NCBI RefSeq assembly: GCF_050320075.1
Contig: NZ_CP190018.1
Strand: one strand, 5' to 3'
Source of the DNA: Escherichia coli
Lineage (GTDB): Bacteria; Pseudomonadota; Gammaproteobacteria; Enterobacterales; Enterobacteriaceae
Length of the DNA: 64,000 bases
The translations under genes and the position numbers were made by a program. The notes below the pieces were generated by a model that worked only from the letters and a program-made list of their open reading frames with translations, had not been told where the DNA came from and ran no database searches. Below are positions 46,079-57,818 of the stretch, in pieces. Within the stretch, counting starts at the first letter, position 1. Each line of letters begins with the position of its first letter.

Positions 46079-47071
46079 TTACAGCTCGCTCTCTTTGTGG
46101 AATCCGTCTTTAACTACCGTTTCTTTGATGTTGTTTTTATTCACATCGATCGGTGTCAGCAGGCGGGAGGGAACATCTTTCAGACCATTATTCAGAGTGG
46201 TATCTGCTTTTGGTTCCTGACCATTGCCCAACTCAACGGCAATTTCTGCGGCAGTATTTGCCAACAATGTAATAGGTTTATACACCGTCATAGTTTGCGT
46301 ACCGGCAGCAATACGTTTAATACCTGCGAGATCCGCATCCTGGCCGGAAATTGCTACTTTCCCTGATAAACCTTGCGCACTTAATGCCTGAATTGCCCCA
46401 CCTGCGGTGGCATCGTTTGAGGCAACTACAGCATCAATTTTGTTATTATTGGCGGTTAGCGCGTTTTCCATAATTTTCAATGCGTTTTCCGGTAACCAGC
46501 CATCAACCCATTGGTCACCAACGACTTTAATTTTTCCGGAATCAACGTAAGGTTTTAACACTTTCATTTGCCCGGCGCGGAACAGCTTGGCGTTGTTATC
46601 TACCGGCGAGCCGCCCATCAGGAAGTAATTACCTTGCGGAACAATATCGACCAGGGCTTTTGCCTGCAGTTCACCGACTTTTTCGTTATCGAAAGAAATA
46701 TAAAAATCGATATCCGCATCGTTAATCATACGGTCGTAAGCTAATACTTTAATACCTTCTTGTTTGGCTTCTTTTACAACGTTACTTAATACCTGACCGT
46801 TATACGGAATAATGACAAGAACATCGACGCCCCGGTTAATCATGTTTTCAATCTGCGACATTTGTGTTTCTTCATTGCCATTTGCAGACTGTACAAATAC
46901 TTTCGCGCCGAGAGATTCTGCCTTTTTCACAAAAATATCTCGATCTTTTTGCCAGCGTTCAAGACGGAGATCATCAATCGCCATACCTATTTTGACTTCT
47001 TTGGCGTGTGCCGCAACGTTGGTAAGCAGAAGTGAGGTGCAAAGGGTGAGTAGAATGTTCTTTATTTTCAT
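46079..47071 (-). CDS. xylF: D-xylose ABC transporter periplasmic binding protein (330 aa)
   Basis: ORF track 46079..47149 trimmed to ATG at 47071 (MKIKNILLTLCTSLLLTNVAAHA signal peptide). Confidence 0.92.
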   Translation of the reverse strand: MKIKNILLTLCTSLLLTNVAAHAKEVKIGMAIDDLRLERWQKDRDIFVKKAESLGAKVFVQSANGNEETQMSQIENMINRGVDVLVIIPYNGQVLSNVVKEAKQEGIKVLAYDRMINDADIDFYISFDNEKVGELQAKALVDIVPQGNYFLMGGSPVDNNAKLFRAGQMKVLKPYVDSGKIKVVGDQWVDGWLPENALKIMENALTANNNKIDAVVASNDATAGGAIQALSAQGLSGKVAISGQDADLAGIKRIAAGTQTMTVYKPITLLANTAAEIAVELGNGQEPKADTTLNNGLKDVPSRLLTPIDVNKNNIKETVVKDGFHKESEL

Positions 47072-47436
47072 GGTGTAGGGCCTTCTGTAGGTAGAGGACA
47101 GCTTTAATAAGTAACAATCACCGCGATAAACGTAACCAATTTTTAGCAACTAAACAGGGGAAAACAATTACAGATTTTTATCTTTCGATTACGATTTTTG
47201 GTTTATTTCTTGATTTATGACCGAGATCTTACTTTTGTTGCGCAATTGTACTTATTGCATTTTTCTCTTCGAGGAATTACCCAGTTTCCTCATTCCATTT
47301 TATTTTGCGAGCGAGCGCACACTTGTGAATTATCTCAATAGCAGTGTGAAATAACATAATTGAGCAACTGAAAGGGAGTGCCCAATATTACGACATCATC
47401 CATCACCCGCGGCATTACCTGATTATGGAGTTCAAT

Positions 47437-48759
47437 ATGCAAGCCTATTTTGACCAGCTCGATCGCGTTCGTTATGAAGGCTCAAAATCCTCTAACCCGT
47501 TAGCATTCCATCACTATAATCCCGACGAACTGGTGTTGGGCAAGCGTATGGAAGAGCACTTGCGTTTTGCCGCCTGCTACTGGCACACCTTCTGCTGGAA
47601 CGGGGCGGACATGTTTGGTGTGGGGGCGTTTAATCGTCCGTGGCAGCAGCCTGGTGAGGCACTGGCGTTGGCGAAGCGTAAAGCAGATGTCGCATTTGAG
47701 TTTTTCCACAAGTTACATGTGCCATTTTATTGCTTCCACGACGTGGATGTTTCCCCTGAGGGCGCGTCGTTAAAAGAGTACATCAATAATTTTGCGCAAA
47801 TGGTTGATGTCCTGGCAGGCAAGCAAGAAGAGAGCGGCGTGAAGCTGCTGTGGGGAACCGCTAACTGCTTTACAAACCCTCGCTACGGCGCGGGTGCGGC
47901 GACGAACCCAGATCCAGAAGTCTTCAGCTGGGCGGCAACGCAAGTTGTTACAGCGATGGAAGCAACCCATAAATTGGGCGGTGAAAACTATGTCCTGTGG
48001 GGCGGTCGTGAAGGTTACGAAACGTTGTTAAATACCGACTTGCGTCAGGAGCGTGAACAGCTGGGCCGCTTTATGCAAATGGTGGTTGAGCATAAACATA
48101 AAATCGGCTTTCAGGGTACGTTGCTTATCGAACCGAAACCGCAAGAACCGACCAAACATCAATATGATTACGATGCTGCGACAGTCTATGGCTTCCTGAA
48201 ACAGTTTGGTCTGGAAAAAGAGATTAAACTGAACATTGAAGCTAACCACGCGACGCTGGCAGGTCACTCTTTCCATCATGAAATAGCCACCGCCATTGCG
48301 CTTGGCCTGTTCGGTTCTGTCGACGCTAACCGTGGCGATGCACAACTGGGCTGGGACACCGACCAGTTCCCGAACAGTGTGGAAGAGAATGCGTTGGTGA
48401 TGTATGAAATTCTCAAAGCAGGCGGTTTCACCACCGGCGGTCTGAACTTCGATGCCAAAGTACGTCGTCAAAGTACTGATAAATATGATCTGTTTTACGG
48501 TCATATCGGCGCGATGGATACGATGGCGTTGGCGCTGAAAATTGCAGCACGCATGATTGAAGATGGCGAGCTGGATAAACGCATCGCGCAGCGTTATTCC
48601 GGCTGGAATAGCGAATTAGGCCAGCAAATCCTGAAAGGCCAAATGTCACTGGCAGATTTAGCCAAATATGCTCAGGAACACAATTTGTCTCCGGTGCATC
48701 AGAGTGGTCGCCAGGAGCAACTGGAAAATCTGGTAAACCATTATCTGTTCGACAAATAA
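47437..48759 (+). CDS. xylA: Xylose isomerase (440 aa)
   Basis: ORF track 47425..48759 trimmed to ATG at 47437 ([15 protein letters not shown]...). Confidence 0.93.
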   Translation: MQAYFDQLDRVRYEGSKSSNPLAFHHYNPDELVLGKRMEEHLRFAACYWHTFCWNGADMFGVGAFNRPWQQPGEALALAKRKADVAFEFFHKLHVPFYCFHDVDVSPEGASLKEYINNFAQMVDVLAGKQEESGVKLLWGTANCFTNPRYGAGAATNPDPEVFSWAATQVVTAMEATHKLGGENYVLWGGREGYETLLNTDLRQEREQLGRFMQMVVEHKHKIGFQGTLLIEPKPQEPTKHQYDYDAATVYGFLKQFGLEKEIKLNIEANHATLAGHSFHHEIATAIALGLFGSVDANRGDAQLGWDTDQFPNSVEENALVMYEILKAGGFTTGGLNFDAKVRRQSTDKYDLFYGHIGAMDTMALALKIAARMIEDGELDKRIAQRYSGWNSELGQQILKGQMSLADLAKYAQEHNLSPVHQSGRQEQLENLVNHYLFDK

Positions 48760-48830
48760 CGGCTAACTGTGCAGTCCGTTGGCCCGGTTATCGGTAGCGA
48801 TACCGGGCATTTTTTTAAGGAACGATCGAT

Positions 48831-50285
48831 ATGTATATCGGGATAGATCTTGGCACCTCGGGCGTAAAAGTTATTTTGCTCAACGAGCAGGGCGAGGTGG
48901 TTGCTGCGCAAACGGAAAAGCTGACCGTTTCGCGCCCGCATCCACTCTGGTCGGAACAAGACCCGGAACAGTGGTGGCAGGCAACTGATCGCGCAATGAA
49001 AGCCCTGGGCGATCAGCATTCTCTGCAGGACGTTAAAGCATTGGGTATTGCCGGCCAGATGCACGGTGCAACCTTACTGGATGCCCAGCAACGGTTATTA
49101 CGCCCTGCCATTTTGTGGAACGACGGGCGCTGTGCGCAAGAGTGCGCTTTGCTGGAAGCGCGAGTTCCGCAATCGCGGGTGATTACCGGTAACCTGATGA
49201 TGCCCGGATTTACTGCGCCTAAATTGCTATGGGTTCAGCGGCATGAGCCGGAGATATTCCGTCAAATCGACAAAGTATTGTTACCGAAAGATTACTTGCG
49301 TCTGCGTATGACGGGGGAGTTTGCCAGCGATATGTCTGACGCAGCTGGCACCATGTGGCTGGATGTCGCAAAGCGTGACTGGAGTGACGACATGCTGCAG
49401 GCTTGCCACTTATCTCGTGACCAGATGCCCGCATTATACGAAGGCAGCGAAATTACTGGTGCTTTGCTACCTGAAGTTGCGAAAGCGTGGGGTATGGCGG
49501 CGGTGCCAGTTGTCGCAGGCGGTGGTGATAATGCAGCTGGTGCGGTTGGTGTAGGAATGGTTGATGCTAATCAGGCAATGTTATCGCTGGGGACGTCGGG
49601 AGTCTATTTTGCTGTCAGCGAAGGGTTCTTAAGCAAGCCAGAAAGCGCCGTACACAGCTTTTGCCATGCGCTACCGCAGCGTTGGCATTTAATGTCTGTG
49701 ATGCTGAGTGCAGCGTCGTGTCTGGATTGGGCTGCGAAATTAACGGGCCTGAACAATGTCCCAGCTTTAATCGCGGCTGCTCAACAGGCTGATGAAAGTG
49801 CCGAGCCAGTTTGGTTTCTGCCTTATCTTTCCGGCGAGCGTACACCACACAATAATCCCCAGGCGAAGGGGGTTTTCTTTGGTTTGACTCATCAACATGG
49901 CCCCAATGAACTGGCGCGAGCAGTGCTGGAAGGCGTGGGTTATGCGCTGGCAGATGGCATGGATGTCGTGCATGCCTGCGGCATTAAACCGCAAAGTGTT
50001 ACGTTGATTGGTGGCGGGGCGCGTAGTGAGTACTGGCGTCAGATGCTGACGGATATCAGCGGTCAGCAACTCGATTACCGCACGGGGGGGGATGTGGGGC
50101 CAGCACTGGGCGCAGCAAGGCTGGCGCAGATTGCGGCGAATCCAGAGAAATCGCTCATTGAGTTGTTGCCACAACTGCCGTTAGAACAGTCGCATCTACC
50201 AGATGCGCAGCGTTATGCCGCTTATCAGCCACGACGAGAAACGTTCCGTCGCCTCTATCAGCAACTTCTGCCATTAATGGCGTAA
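48831..50285 (+). CDS. xylB: Xylulokinase (484 aa)
   Basis: FGGY kinase; recognised as XylB. Confidence 0.93.
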   Translation: MYIGIDLGTSGVKVILLNEQGEVVAAQTEKLTVSRPHPLWSEQDPEQWWQATDRAMKALGDQHSLQDVKALGIAGQMHGATLLDAQQRLLRPAILWNDGRCAQECALLEARVPQSRVITGNLMMPGFTAPKLLWVQRHEPEIFRQIDKVLLPKDYLRLRMTGEFASDMSDAAGTMWLDVAKRDWSDDMLQACHLSRDQMPALYEGSEITGALLPEVAKAWGMAAVPVVAGGGDNAAGAVGVGMVDANQAMLSLGTSGVYFAVSEGFLSKPESAVHSFCHALPQRWHLMSVMLSAASCLDWAAKLTGLNNVPALIAAAQQADESAEPVWFLPYLSGERTPHNNPQAKGVFFGLTHQHGPNELARAVLEGVGYALADGMDVVHACGIKPQSVTLIGGGARSEYWRQMLTDISGQQLDYRTGGDVGPALGAARLAQIAANPEKSLIELLPQLPLEQSHLPDAQRYAAYQPRRETFRRLYQQLLPLMA

Positions 50286-50381
50286 ACGTTATCCCCTGCC
50301 TGACCGGGTGGGGGATAATTCACATCTATATATATCAGTAATTAATTAATATTTAGTATGAATTTAGGTAATGACTCCAAC

Positions 50382-50885
50382 TTACTGATAGTGTTTTATG
50401 TTCAGATAATGCCCGATGACTTTGTCATGCAGCTCCACCGATTTTGAGAACGACAGTGACTTCCGTCCCAGCCTTGCCAGATGTTGTCTCAGATTCAGGT
50501 TATGTCGCTCAATGCGCTGAGTGTAACGCTTGCTGATTACGTGCAGCTTTCCCTTCAGGCGGGATTCATACAGCGGCCAGCCATCCGTCATCCATACCAC
50601 GACCTCAAAGGCCGACAGCAGGCTCAGAAGACGCTCCAGTGTGGCCAGAGTGCGTTCACCGAAGACGTGCGCCACAACCGTCCTCCGTATCCTGTCATAC
50701 GCGTAAAACAGCCAGCGCTGACGTGATTTAGCACCGACGTAGCCCCACTGTTCGTCCATTTCAGCGCAGACAATCACATCACTGCCCGGCTGTATGCGCG
50801 AGGTTACCGACTGCGGCCTGAGTTTTTTAAGTGACGTAAAATCGTGTTGAGGCCAACGCCCATAATGCGGGCGGTTGCCCGGCAT
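50382..50885 (-). CDS. insB: IS1 InsB reading frame (167 aa; transposase made as InsAB' by frameshift)
   Basis: Recognised IS1 InsB sequence overlapping the insA 3' end. Confidence 0.9.
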   Translation of the reverse strand: MPGNRPHYGRWPQHDFTSLKKLRPQSVTSRIQPGSDVIVCAEMDEQWGYVGAKSRQRWLFYAYDRIRRTVVAHVFGERTLATLERLLSLLSAFEVVVWMTDGWPLYESRLKGKLHVISKRYTQRIERHNLNLRQHLARLGRKSLSFSKSVELHDKVIGHYLNIKHYQ

Positions 50886-51079
50886 CCAACACCATTCATG
50901 GCCATATCAATGATTTTCTGGTGTGTACCGGGTTGAGAAGCGGTGTAAGTGAACTGCAGTTGCCATGTTTTACGGCAGTGAGAGCAGAGATAGCGCTGAT
51001 GTCCGGCAGTACTTTTACCGTTACGCACCACGCCTTCAGTAGCTGAGCAGGAGGGACAACTGATGGAGATGGAAGCCAC
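50804..51079 (-). CDS. insA: IS1 InsA (91 aa)
   Basis: [43 protein letters not shown]... zinc-finger/HTH protein of IS1. Confidence 0.92.
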   Translation of the reverse strand: MASISISCPSCSATEGVVRNGKSTAGHQRYLCSHCRKTWQLQFTYTASQPGTHQKIIDMAMNGVGCRATARIMGVGLNTILRHLKNSGRSR

Positions 51080-51146
51080 GGGAGCACCTCAAAAACACCA
51101 TCATACACTAAATCAGTAAGTTGGCACCATTACCCCGGGCTTTTAT

Positions 51147-52142
51147 TTAACTCACTAGTCTGTTTCTGTCGATTCGTTGTACCAGCATAGAAAGTAACAA
51201 ACTCGCTGCCAACGTCGCGCAAAAGATCCAAATAATATCGAGTATTGGCCAGTTTTTAAGCTCAATCCCCCGGGTGCGCAGTGCATGGATAATCAAGGCG
51301 TGGAATCCGTATATACCCAACGAATGGCGGGAGATTAAGCCAAGTCCGCGAACGGTACGCGTATCAAGCGTGTTTTTAACCAGAGTCAATAGCGTGATTG
51401 CGCAGATAAAAACCATCGGCCCACAGTAAAGATACCAGGTATCGGCAAAATTTCCGCGCCACTGCAATTCATATAATGTCCCGCGAGAGATAATAAAAAC
51501 CCCCGTCGCAAACAGTGCGGCGCTCCCCCACGACAGTGCTTTATGCTGTGTGTCCATCATCCCTATAGCGCGGCCCAACATGCCATAAAGGATGTAGTAA
51601 AAAGTATCGCCATTGATATATAAGTTAATTGGCAGCCATTCAAAACCGTCAATTTTCTGCGGCACTGTGTTTGGGTTAGCGATAATACCAATCACCACCA
51701 TTAGCACCAGCAACATTTTTCCGCCGACGTTCTTCACCTGAATCAGCGGTGAAACCAGATAAATCACCGCAATCGCGAAGAAAAACCACAAGTGGTAAAA
51801 CACTGGCTTTTGCAGCAGGTTTTTCAGCGCTAACTCCACATTGATGGAGGTAGACAGCGCAATGTAGAGCAGTGCGATTGCGCTATAAAAAAGCAGACAT
51901 AAGCCGATACGTAAAAAATGGCGCGGCTGGGCGCTGCGTTCGCCAAAAAAGAGATAGCCGGAAATCATGAAAAATAGCGGCACGCTGACACGAGAGGCAG
52001 AATTCAGAACATTGGCGATATCCCAGGTGACGGGGCTAACACTATGAGCATTGGTCACATACCAGGTAGTGGTGTGAATCATCACCACCATTAAACACGC
52101 TATCCCTCGCAGGTTATCAATCCAGTAAATTTTGGGCTGCAT
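51147..52142 (-). CDS. wecH: O-acetyltransferase WecH (acyltransferase-3 family membrane protein, 331 aa)
   Basis: 10-TM acyltransferase-3 profile; stop codon 12 bp from the IS1 end. Confidence 0.88.
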   Translation of the reverse strand: MQPKIYWIDNLRGIACLMVVMIHTTTWYVTNAHSVSPVTWDIANVLNSASRVSVPLFFMISGYLFFGERSAQPRHFLRIGLCLLFYSAIALLYIALSTSINVELALKNLLQKPVFYHLWFFFAIAVIYLVSPLIQVKNVGGKMLLVLMVVIGIIANPNTVPQKIDGFEWLPINLYINGDTFYYILYGMLGRAIGMMDTQHKALSWGSAALFATGVFIISRGTLYELQWRGNFADTWYLYCGPMVFICAITLLTLVKNTLDTRTVRGLGLISRHSLGIYGFHALIIHALRTRGIELKNWPILDIIWIFCATLAASLLLSMLVQRIDRNRLVS

Positions 52143-52316
52143 CTGTGTCTCTGTATCTGGTTAAAAAAAGTCTGACCGATAAATCATTCGGTTGGCGCAC
52201 TGGAATAATCTGAGTTTTATCACTACAGCTTATAGAGGCTTAAGGAAATTCGTAAGATATCAGCCACTATACCGATATAAATAATAAGACTCACCTGCAA
52301 ACCAGACGGTAATTTA

Positions 52317-52625
52317 ATGATGATGAACTCTTTCTTTCCGGCAATGGCGCTTATGGTGCTTATGGCGCTAGTGGGTTGTTCTACACCGCCACCCGTGCAG
52401 AAAGCACAACGGGTAAAGGTTGATCCTCTGCGTTCGTTGAATATGGAAGCGTTATGCAAGGATCAGGCGGCAAAACGTTATAACACCGGCGAGCAAAAAA
52501 TCGACGTCACTGCTTTTGAACAATTTCAGGTAAGCTATGAAATGCGCGGTTATACCTTCCGTAAAGAGCAGTTTGTCTGTTCTTTTGACGCAGATGGCCA
52601 TTTTTTGCATCTTTCCATGCGTTAA
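52317..52625 (+). CDS. ysaB: Lipoprotein YsaB (about 99-102 aa; start codon uncertain among three consecutive ATGs)
   Basis: Signal peptide with lipobox LVGC; recognised as YsaB. Confidence 0.8.
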   Translation: MMMNSFFPAMALMVLMALVGCSTPPPVQKAQRVKVDPLRSLNMEALCKDQAAKRYNTGEQKIDVTAFEQFQVSYEMRGYTFRKEQFVCSFDADGHFLHLSMR

Positions 52626-52719
52626 GCCCTGCTTTTTCCCGTTTCGTACTGTATATCTTCCATCCAGCGGGTATACTGATCCCTTCCTTTAAATCCACAC
52701 GTATCCAGCACGAAATAAT

Positions 52720-53631
52720 ATGCAAAAGTTTGATACCAGGACCTTCCAGGGCTTGATCCTGACCTTACAGGATTACTGGGCTCGCCAGGGCTGCACCATT
52801 GTTCAACCATTGGACATGGAAGTCGGCGCGGGAACCTCTCACCCAATGACCTGTCTGCGCGCGCTGGGGCCAGAACCGATGGCGGCTGCTTATGTTCAGC
52901 CTTCTCGTCGCCCGACCGATGGTCGCTACGGCGAAAACCCCAACCGTTTACAGCACTACTATCAGTTCCAGGTGGTCATTAAGCCATCGCCGGACAATAT
53001 TCAGGAGCTGTACCTTGGTTCTCTGAAAGAGCTGGGCATGGACCCGACCATCCACGACATCCGTTTCGTGGAAGATAACTGGGAAAACCCGACGCTGGGT
53101 GCCTGGGGGCTGGGCTGGGAAGTGTGGCTGAACGGCATGGAAGTGACGCAGTTCACTTACTTCCAGCAGGTTGGTGGTCTGGAGTGTAAACCGGTTACCG
53201 GCGAGATCACCTACGGTCTGGAACGTCTGGCAATGTACATTCAGGGCGTAGACAGCGTTTACGACCTGGTCTGGAGCGACGGCCCGCTGGGTAAAACCAC
53301 CTACGGCGACGTGTTCCATCAGAACGAAGTGGAGCAGTCCACTTACAACTTCGAATACGCGGATGTGGACTTCCTGTTCACCTGCTTTGAGCAGTACGAG
53401 AAAGAAGCGCAGCAGCTGCTGGCGCTGGAAAATCCGCTGCCGCTGCCAGCCTACGAGCGTATTCTGAAAGCCGCCCACAGCTTCAACCTGCTGGATGCGC
53501 GTAAAGCCATCTCCGTCACCGAGCGTCAGCGCTACATTCTGCGAATTCGCACCCTGACCAAAGCAGTGGCTGAAGCATACTACGCTTCCCGTGAAGCCCT
53601 CGGCTTCCCGATGTGCAACAAAGATAAGTAA
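52720..53631 (+). CDS. glyQ: Glycine--tRNA ligase alpha subunit (303 aa)
   Basis: Recognised as GlyQ. Confidence 0.95.
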
Positions 53632-53640
53632 GAGGCGGCT

Positions 53641-55710
53641 ATGTCTGAGAAAACTTTTCTGGTGGAAATCGGCACTGAAGAGCTGCCACCAAAAGCACTG
53701 CGCAGCCTGGCTGAGTCCTTTGCTGCGAACTTCACTGCGGAGCTGGATAACGCCGGCCTCGCACACGGCACCGTTCAATGGTTTGCTGCTCCGCGTCGTC
53801 TGGCGCTGAAAGTAGCTAACCTGGCGGAAGCGCAACCGGATCGTGAAATCGAAAAACGCGGCCCGGCGATTGCTCAGGCGTTCGACGCTGAAGGCAAACC
53901 GAGCAAAGCGGCAGAAGGCTGGGCGCGTGGTTGCGGTATTACCGTAGACCAGGCTGAGCGTCTGACTACCGATAAAGGTGAATGGCTGCTGTATCGCGCC
54001 CACGTGAAGGGCGAAAGCACCGAAGCACTGCTGCCGAATATGGTTGCGACTTCGCTGGCGAAACTGCCGATCCCGAAACTGATGCGCTGGGGCGCAAGCG
54101 ACGTGCACTTCGTGCGTCCGGTGCACACCGTGACCCTGCTGCTGGGCGACAAAGTCATTCCGGCTACCATTCTGGGCATTCAGTCCGATCGCGTGATTCG
54201 CGGCCACCGCTTTATGGGCGAGCCGGAATTCACTATCGACGATGCCGATCAGTATCCGGAAATTCTGCGTGAGCGCGGTAAAGTCATCGCCGATTACGAA
54301 GAACGTAAAGCGAAGATTAAAGCCGATGCTGAAGAAGCGGCGCGTAAGATTGGCGGTAACGCTGACTTAAGCGAAAGCCTGTTGGAAGAAGTCGCTTCGC
54401 TGGTGGAATGGCCGGCTGTGCTGACCGCAAAATTCGAAGAGAAATTCCTCGCGGTGCCGTCTGAAGCGCTGGTTTACACCATGAAAGGTGACCAGAAGTA
54501 CTTCCCGGTGTATGCGAACGACGGCAAACTTCTGCCGAACTTTATCTTCGTTGCCAACATCGAATCGAAAGATCCGCAGCAGATTATCTCCGGTAACGAG
54601 AAAGTCGTTCGTCCACGTCTGGCGGATGCTGAGTTCTTCTTCAATACCGACCGTAAAAAACGTCTGGAAGATAACCTGCCGCGCCTGCAAACCGTGCTGT
54701 TCCAGCAACAGCTGGGTACACTGCGTGACAAAACTGACCGCATCCAGGCACTGGCTGGCTGGATTGCTGAACAGATTGGCGCTGACGTTAACCATGCTAC
54801 CCGTGCGGGCCTGCTGTCTAAGTGCGACCTGATGACCAACATGGTCTTCGAGTTCACCGACACCCAGGGCGTTATGGGGATGCACTACGCGCGTCACGAT
54901 GGCGAAGCGGAAGATGTTGCAGTGGCGCTGAACGAGCAGTATCAGCCGCGCTTTGCCGGTGATGACCTGCCGTCTAGCCCGGTAGCCTGTGCGCTGGCGA
55001 TTGCTGACAAGATGGATACTCTGGCGGGTATCTTCGGTATCGGCCAGCATCCGAAAGGCGACAAAGACCCGTTTGCGTTGCGTCGTGCCGCACTTGGCGT
55101 ACTGCGTATTATCGTTGAGAAGAACCTCAACCTTGATCTGCAAACGCTGACCGAAGAAGCAGTGCGTCTGTATGGCGATAAGCTGACTAATGCCAACGTG
55201 GTTGATGATGTTATCGACTTTATGCTCGGTCGCTTCCGCGCCTGGTATCAGGACGAAGGTTACACCGTTGACACAATCCAGGCGGTACTGGCACGTCGTC
55301 CGACGCGTCCGGCAGATTTTGATGCCCGTATGAAGGCAGTATCGCACTTCCGTACTCTGGATGCGGCAGCGTCACTGGCGGCGGCAAACAAGCGTGTATC
55401 TAACATTCTGGCGAAGTCTGACGAAGTGCTGAGCGATCGCGTGAATGCTTCTACTCTGAAAGAGCCGGAAGAAATTAAACTGGCGATGCAGGTGGTTGTG
55501 CTGCGCGATAAACTGGAGCCGTACTTTGCTGAAGGTCGTTACCAGGATGCGCTGGTCGAACTGGCAGAGCTGCGTGAGCCAGTTGATGCTTTCTTCGATA
55601 AAGTGATGGTCATGGTTGATGACAAAGAATTGCGTCTCAACCGTCTGACCATGCTGGAGAAACTGCGCGAACTGTTCCTGCGAGTTGCGGATATTTCGCT
55701 GTTGCAGTAA
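53641..55710 (+). CDS. glyS: Glycine--tRNA ligase beta subunit (689 aa)
   Basis: Recognised as GlyS. Confidence 0.95.
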   Translation: MSEKTFLVEIGTEELPPKALRSLAESFAANFTAELDNAGLAHGTVQWFAAPRRLALKVANLAEAQPDREIEKRGPAIAQAFDAEGKPSKAAEGWARGCGITVDQAERLTTDKGEWLLYRAHVKGESTEALLPNMVATSLAKLPIPKLMRWGASDVHFVRPVHTVTLLLGDKVIPATILGIQSDRVIRGHRFMGEPEFTIDDADQYPEILRERGKVIADYEERKAKIKADAEEAARKIGGNADLSESLLEEVASLVEWPAVLTAKFEEKFLAVPSEALVYTMKGDQKYFPVYANDGKLLPNFIFVANIESKDPQQIISGNEKVVRPRLADAEFFFNTDRKKRLEDNLPRLQTVLFQQQLGTLRDKTDRIQALAGWIAEQIGADVNHATRAGLLSKCDLMTNMVFEFTDTQGVMGMHYARHDGEAEDVAVALNEQYQPRFAGDDLPSSPVACALAIADKMDTLAGIFGIGQHPKGDKDPFALRRAALGVLRIIVEKNLNLDLQTLTEEAVRLYGDKLTNANVVDDVIDFMLGRFRAWYQDEGYTVDTIQAVLARRPTRPADFDARMKAVSHFRTLDAAASLAAANKRVSNILAKSDEVLSDRVNASTLKEPEEIKLAMQVVVLRDKLEPYFAEGRYQDALVELAELREPVDAFFDKVMVMVDDKELRLNRLTMLEKLRELFLRVADISLLQ

Positions 55711-55725
55711 TAACGTCGTTATTAA

Positions 55726-55754
55726 AAAGCCTGCCATCTGGCAGGCTTTTTTTA
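55726..55754 (+). terminator. Rho-independent terminator of glyQS
   Basis: agcctgcc-atct-ggcaggct stem followed by TTTTTTT. Confidence 0.8.
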
Positions 55755-56007
55755 TCGCTAAATAATACAGCAACCTTTAATAATCTTCTGATGAATAAAG
55801 ATTATCTCATATATTAATTTTATGAGATTTTTTTAGGATTATATCAAGGAGAAGAAACGAACTTATTAAGCTAGAATAGCCACGGGTGCTTGAGACTGTT
55901 TGTCTCAGGTATTCACCGAAAGGCAGACAGAGAAAAGCCCCACCTGACTATAAATCAAAGTGTACTGCACCCATTTTGTTGGACGATGAAATGGAATAGC
56001 CCCTAAT

Positions 56008-56529
56008 ATGTCAAAGCCAAAATACCCTTTTGAAAAGCGCCTTGAAGTCGTGAATCACTACTTCACAACTGATGATGGTTACAGGATCATCTCGGCACGT
56101 TTTGGTGTCCCCCGAACCCAGGTCAGGACATGGGTTGCCCTCTATGAAAAACATGGAGAAAAAGGTTTAATTCCCAAACCTAAAGGCGTTAGTGCTGATC
56201 CAGAGTTGCGTATTAAGGTCGTGAAAGCTGTGATCGAGCAGCACATGTCCCTTAATCAGGCTGCTGCTCACTTTATGCTTGCTGGTAGTGGTTCTGTAGC
56301 CAGGTGGCTGAAGGTCTATGAAGAGCGCGGAGAAGCTGGTTTACGCGCGCTCAAGATTGGCACCAAAAGAAACATTGCAATATCAGTTGATCCAGAAAAA
56401 GCGGCATCAGCATTGGAGCTGTCAAAAGACCGACGCATTGAGGATCTTGAAAGGCAAGTTCGATTTCTTGAAACGCGGCTTATGTATCTAAAAAAGCTGA
56501 AAGCCTTAGCTCATCCCACGAAAAAGTAA
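56008..56529 (+). CDS. insJ: IS150 OrfA (InsJ, 173 aa)
   Basis: HTH protein ending ...LAHPTKK; stop overlaps the A-rich slippery run. Confidence 0.92.
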   Translation: MSKPKYPFEKRLEVVNHYFTTDDGYRIISARFGVPRTQVRTWVALYEKHGEKGLIPKPKGVSADPELRIKVVKAVIEQHMSLNQAAAHFMLAGSGSVARWLKVYEERGEAGLRALKIGTKRNIAISVDPEKAASALELSKDRRIEDLERQVRFLETRLMYLKKLKALAHPTKK

Positions 56530-57377
56530 AAGTACTCAACGAGCTAAGGCAGTTTTATCCTCTTGATGAGCTTCTCAGGGCTGCGGAGATACCGCGCAGT
56601 ACGTTTTATTACCATCTAAAGGCTCTCAGCAAGCCTGACAAGTATGCGGACGTTAAAAAGCGTATTGGTGAGATTTATCACGAGAATAGAGGCCGATACG
56701 GATACCGTAGGGTAACGCTGTCTCTTCATCGAGAAGGGAAACAGATTAACCATAAAGCTGTTCAGCGCCTGATGGGAACCCTCTCACTTAAAGCAGCGAT
56801 TAAGGTCAAGCGATACCGCTCTTACAGAGGAGAGGTAGGGCAAACCGCCCCTAATGTTCTCCAAAGAGATTTCAAGGCTACGCGGCCAAACGAGAAGTGG
56901 GTTACCGATGTTACTGAATTTGTAGTCAATGGGCGCAAGCTGTATTTGTCTCCAGTAATAGATCTCTTCAACAACGAAGTTATTTCTTACAGCCTTTCGG
57001 AAAGACCAGTGATGAACATGGTTGAGAATATGCTCGATCAGGCATTCAAAAAGCTTAATCCTCACGAGCATCCTGTTCTGCACTCTGACCAGGGATGGCA
57101 GTATCGTATGAGAAGATATCAAAATATCCTTAAAGAACATGGTATTAAACAAAGCATGTCCAGAAAAGGCAATTGTCTGGATAATGCTGTGGTGGAGTGT
57201 TTCTTTGGAACCTTAAAGTCGGAGTGTTTTTATCTTGATGAGTTCAGTAATATAAGCGAACTGAAGGATGCTGTTACGGAATATATTGAATACTACAACA
57301 GCAGAAGAATTAGCCTGAAATTAAAAGGTCTGACTCCAATTGAATATCGGAATCAGACCTATATGCCTCGTGTTTAA
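56526..57377 (+). CDS. insK: IS150 OrfB (InsK) transposase frame, expressed as OrfAB fusion by -1 frameshift
   Basis: -1 frame relative to insJ beginning at AAAAAG run (56521-56526); DDE integrase core (...HSDQGWQY..., ...[17 protein letters not shown]...). Confidence 0.88.
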   Translation, partial: VKVLNELRQFYPLDELLRAAEIPRSTFYYHLKALSKPDKYADVKKRIGEIYHENRGRYGYRRVTLSLHREGKQINHKAVQRLMGTLSLKAAIKVKRYRSYRGEVGQTAPNVLQRDFKATRPNEKWVTDVTEFVVNGRKLYLSPVIDLFNNEVISYSLSERPVMNMVENMLDQAFKKLNPHEHPVLHSDQGWQYRMRRYQNILKEHGIKQSMSRKGNCLDNAVVECFFGTLKSECFYLDEFSNISELKDAVTEYIEYYNSRRISLKLKGLTPIEYRNQTYMPRV

Positions 57378-57763
57378 CTGTCCAACTTTTTGGGGTCAGT
57401 ACAAAGTGAGGCCCCTCTATGCATAGACACCATAAGGTTAGCCTCTTACTCGTTGGAAATCAACACAGGGGGCTGGGAATGCCGCAGAAATATAGATTAC
57501 TTTCTTTAATAGTGATTTGTTGCACGCTTTTATTTTTCACCTGGATGATAAGTGATTCACTGTGTGAATTGCATATTAAACAGGGGAGTTATGAGCTGGC
57601 GGCATTTTTAGCCTGCAATTTGAAAGAGTAAGAGTCTTCGGCGGGAAGTTATTCCCGCCTTTCTTACGGCGTTGCGCATTCTCATTGCACCCAAATTTAT
57701 TTTTCACAAAAATAATAATAGATTTTATTACGCGATCGATTATTTATTTCCTGAAAAACAAAT

Positions 57764-57790
57764 AAAAAAATCCCCGCCAAATGGCAGGGA
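57764..57790 (-). terminator. cspA rho-independent terminator
   Basis: On minus strand tccctgccatttggcgggga followed by a T-run. Confidence 0.7.
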
Positions 57791-57818
57791 TCTTAGATTC
57801 TGTGCTTTTAAGCAGAGA

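Larger units (their letters stand above)
50367..51134 (-). mobile_element. IS1 insertion sequence (768 bp)
   Basis: Terminal inverted repeats ggtaatgactccaacttactgatagtg (50367-) and, reverse-complemented, ggtaatggtgccaacttactgatttagtg (-51134); exact 768-bp length; insA/insB inside. Confidence 0.93.
55961..57403 (+). mobile_element. IS150 (IS3 family), complete 1443-bp copy
   Basis: Ends tgtactgcacccattttgttggacgatgaaat and, reverse-complemented, tgtactgaccccaaaaagttggacagttaaac; flanked by 3-bp direct repeat AAG (55958-55960 and 57404-57406). Confidence 0.92.

Noticed and set aside
50294-50325. Hairpin ttatcccc...gggggataa after xylB as a terminator
   Set aside because: Good stem but no following T-run; may be a rho-dependent site or REP-like structure. 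Not confident enough to call.
52948-55347. 419-aa and 326-aa minus-strand ORFs antisense to glyQ/glyS
   Set aside because: Completely overlapped by glyQ and glyS, which are unambiguous; low-complexity translations. Shadow ORFs.
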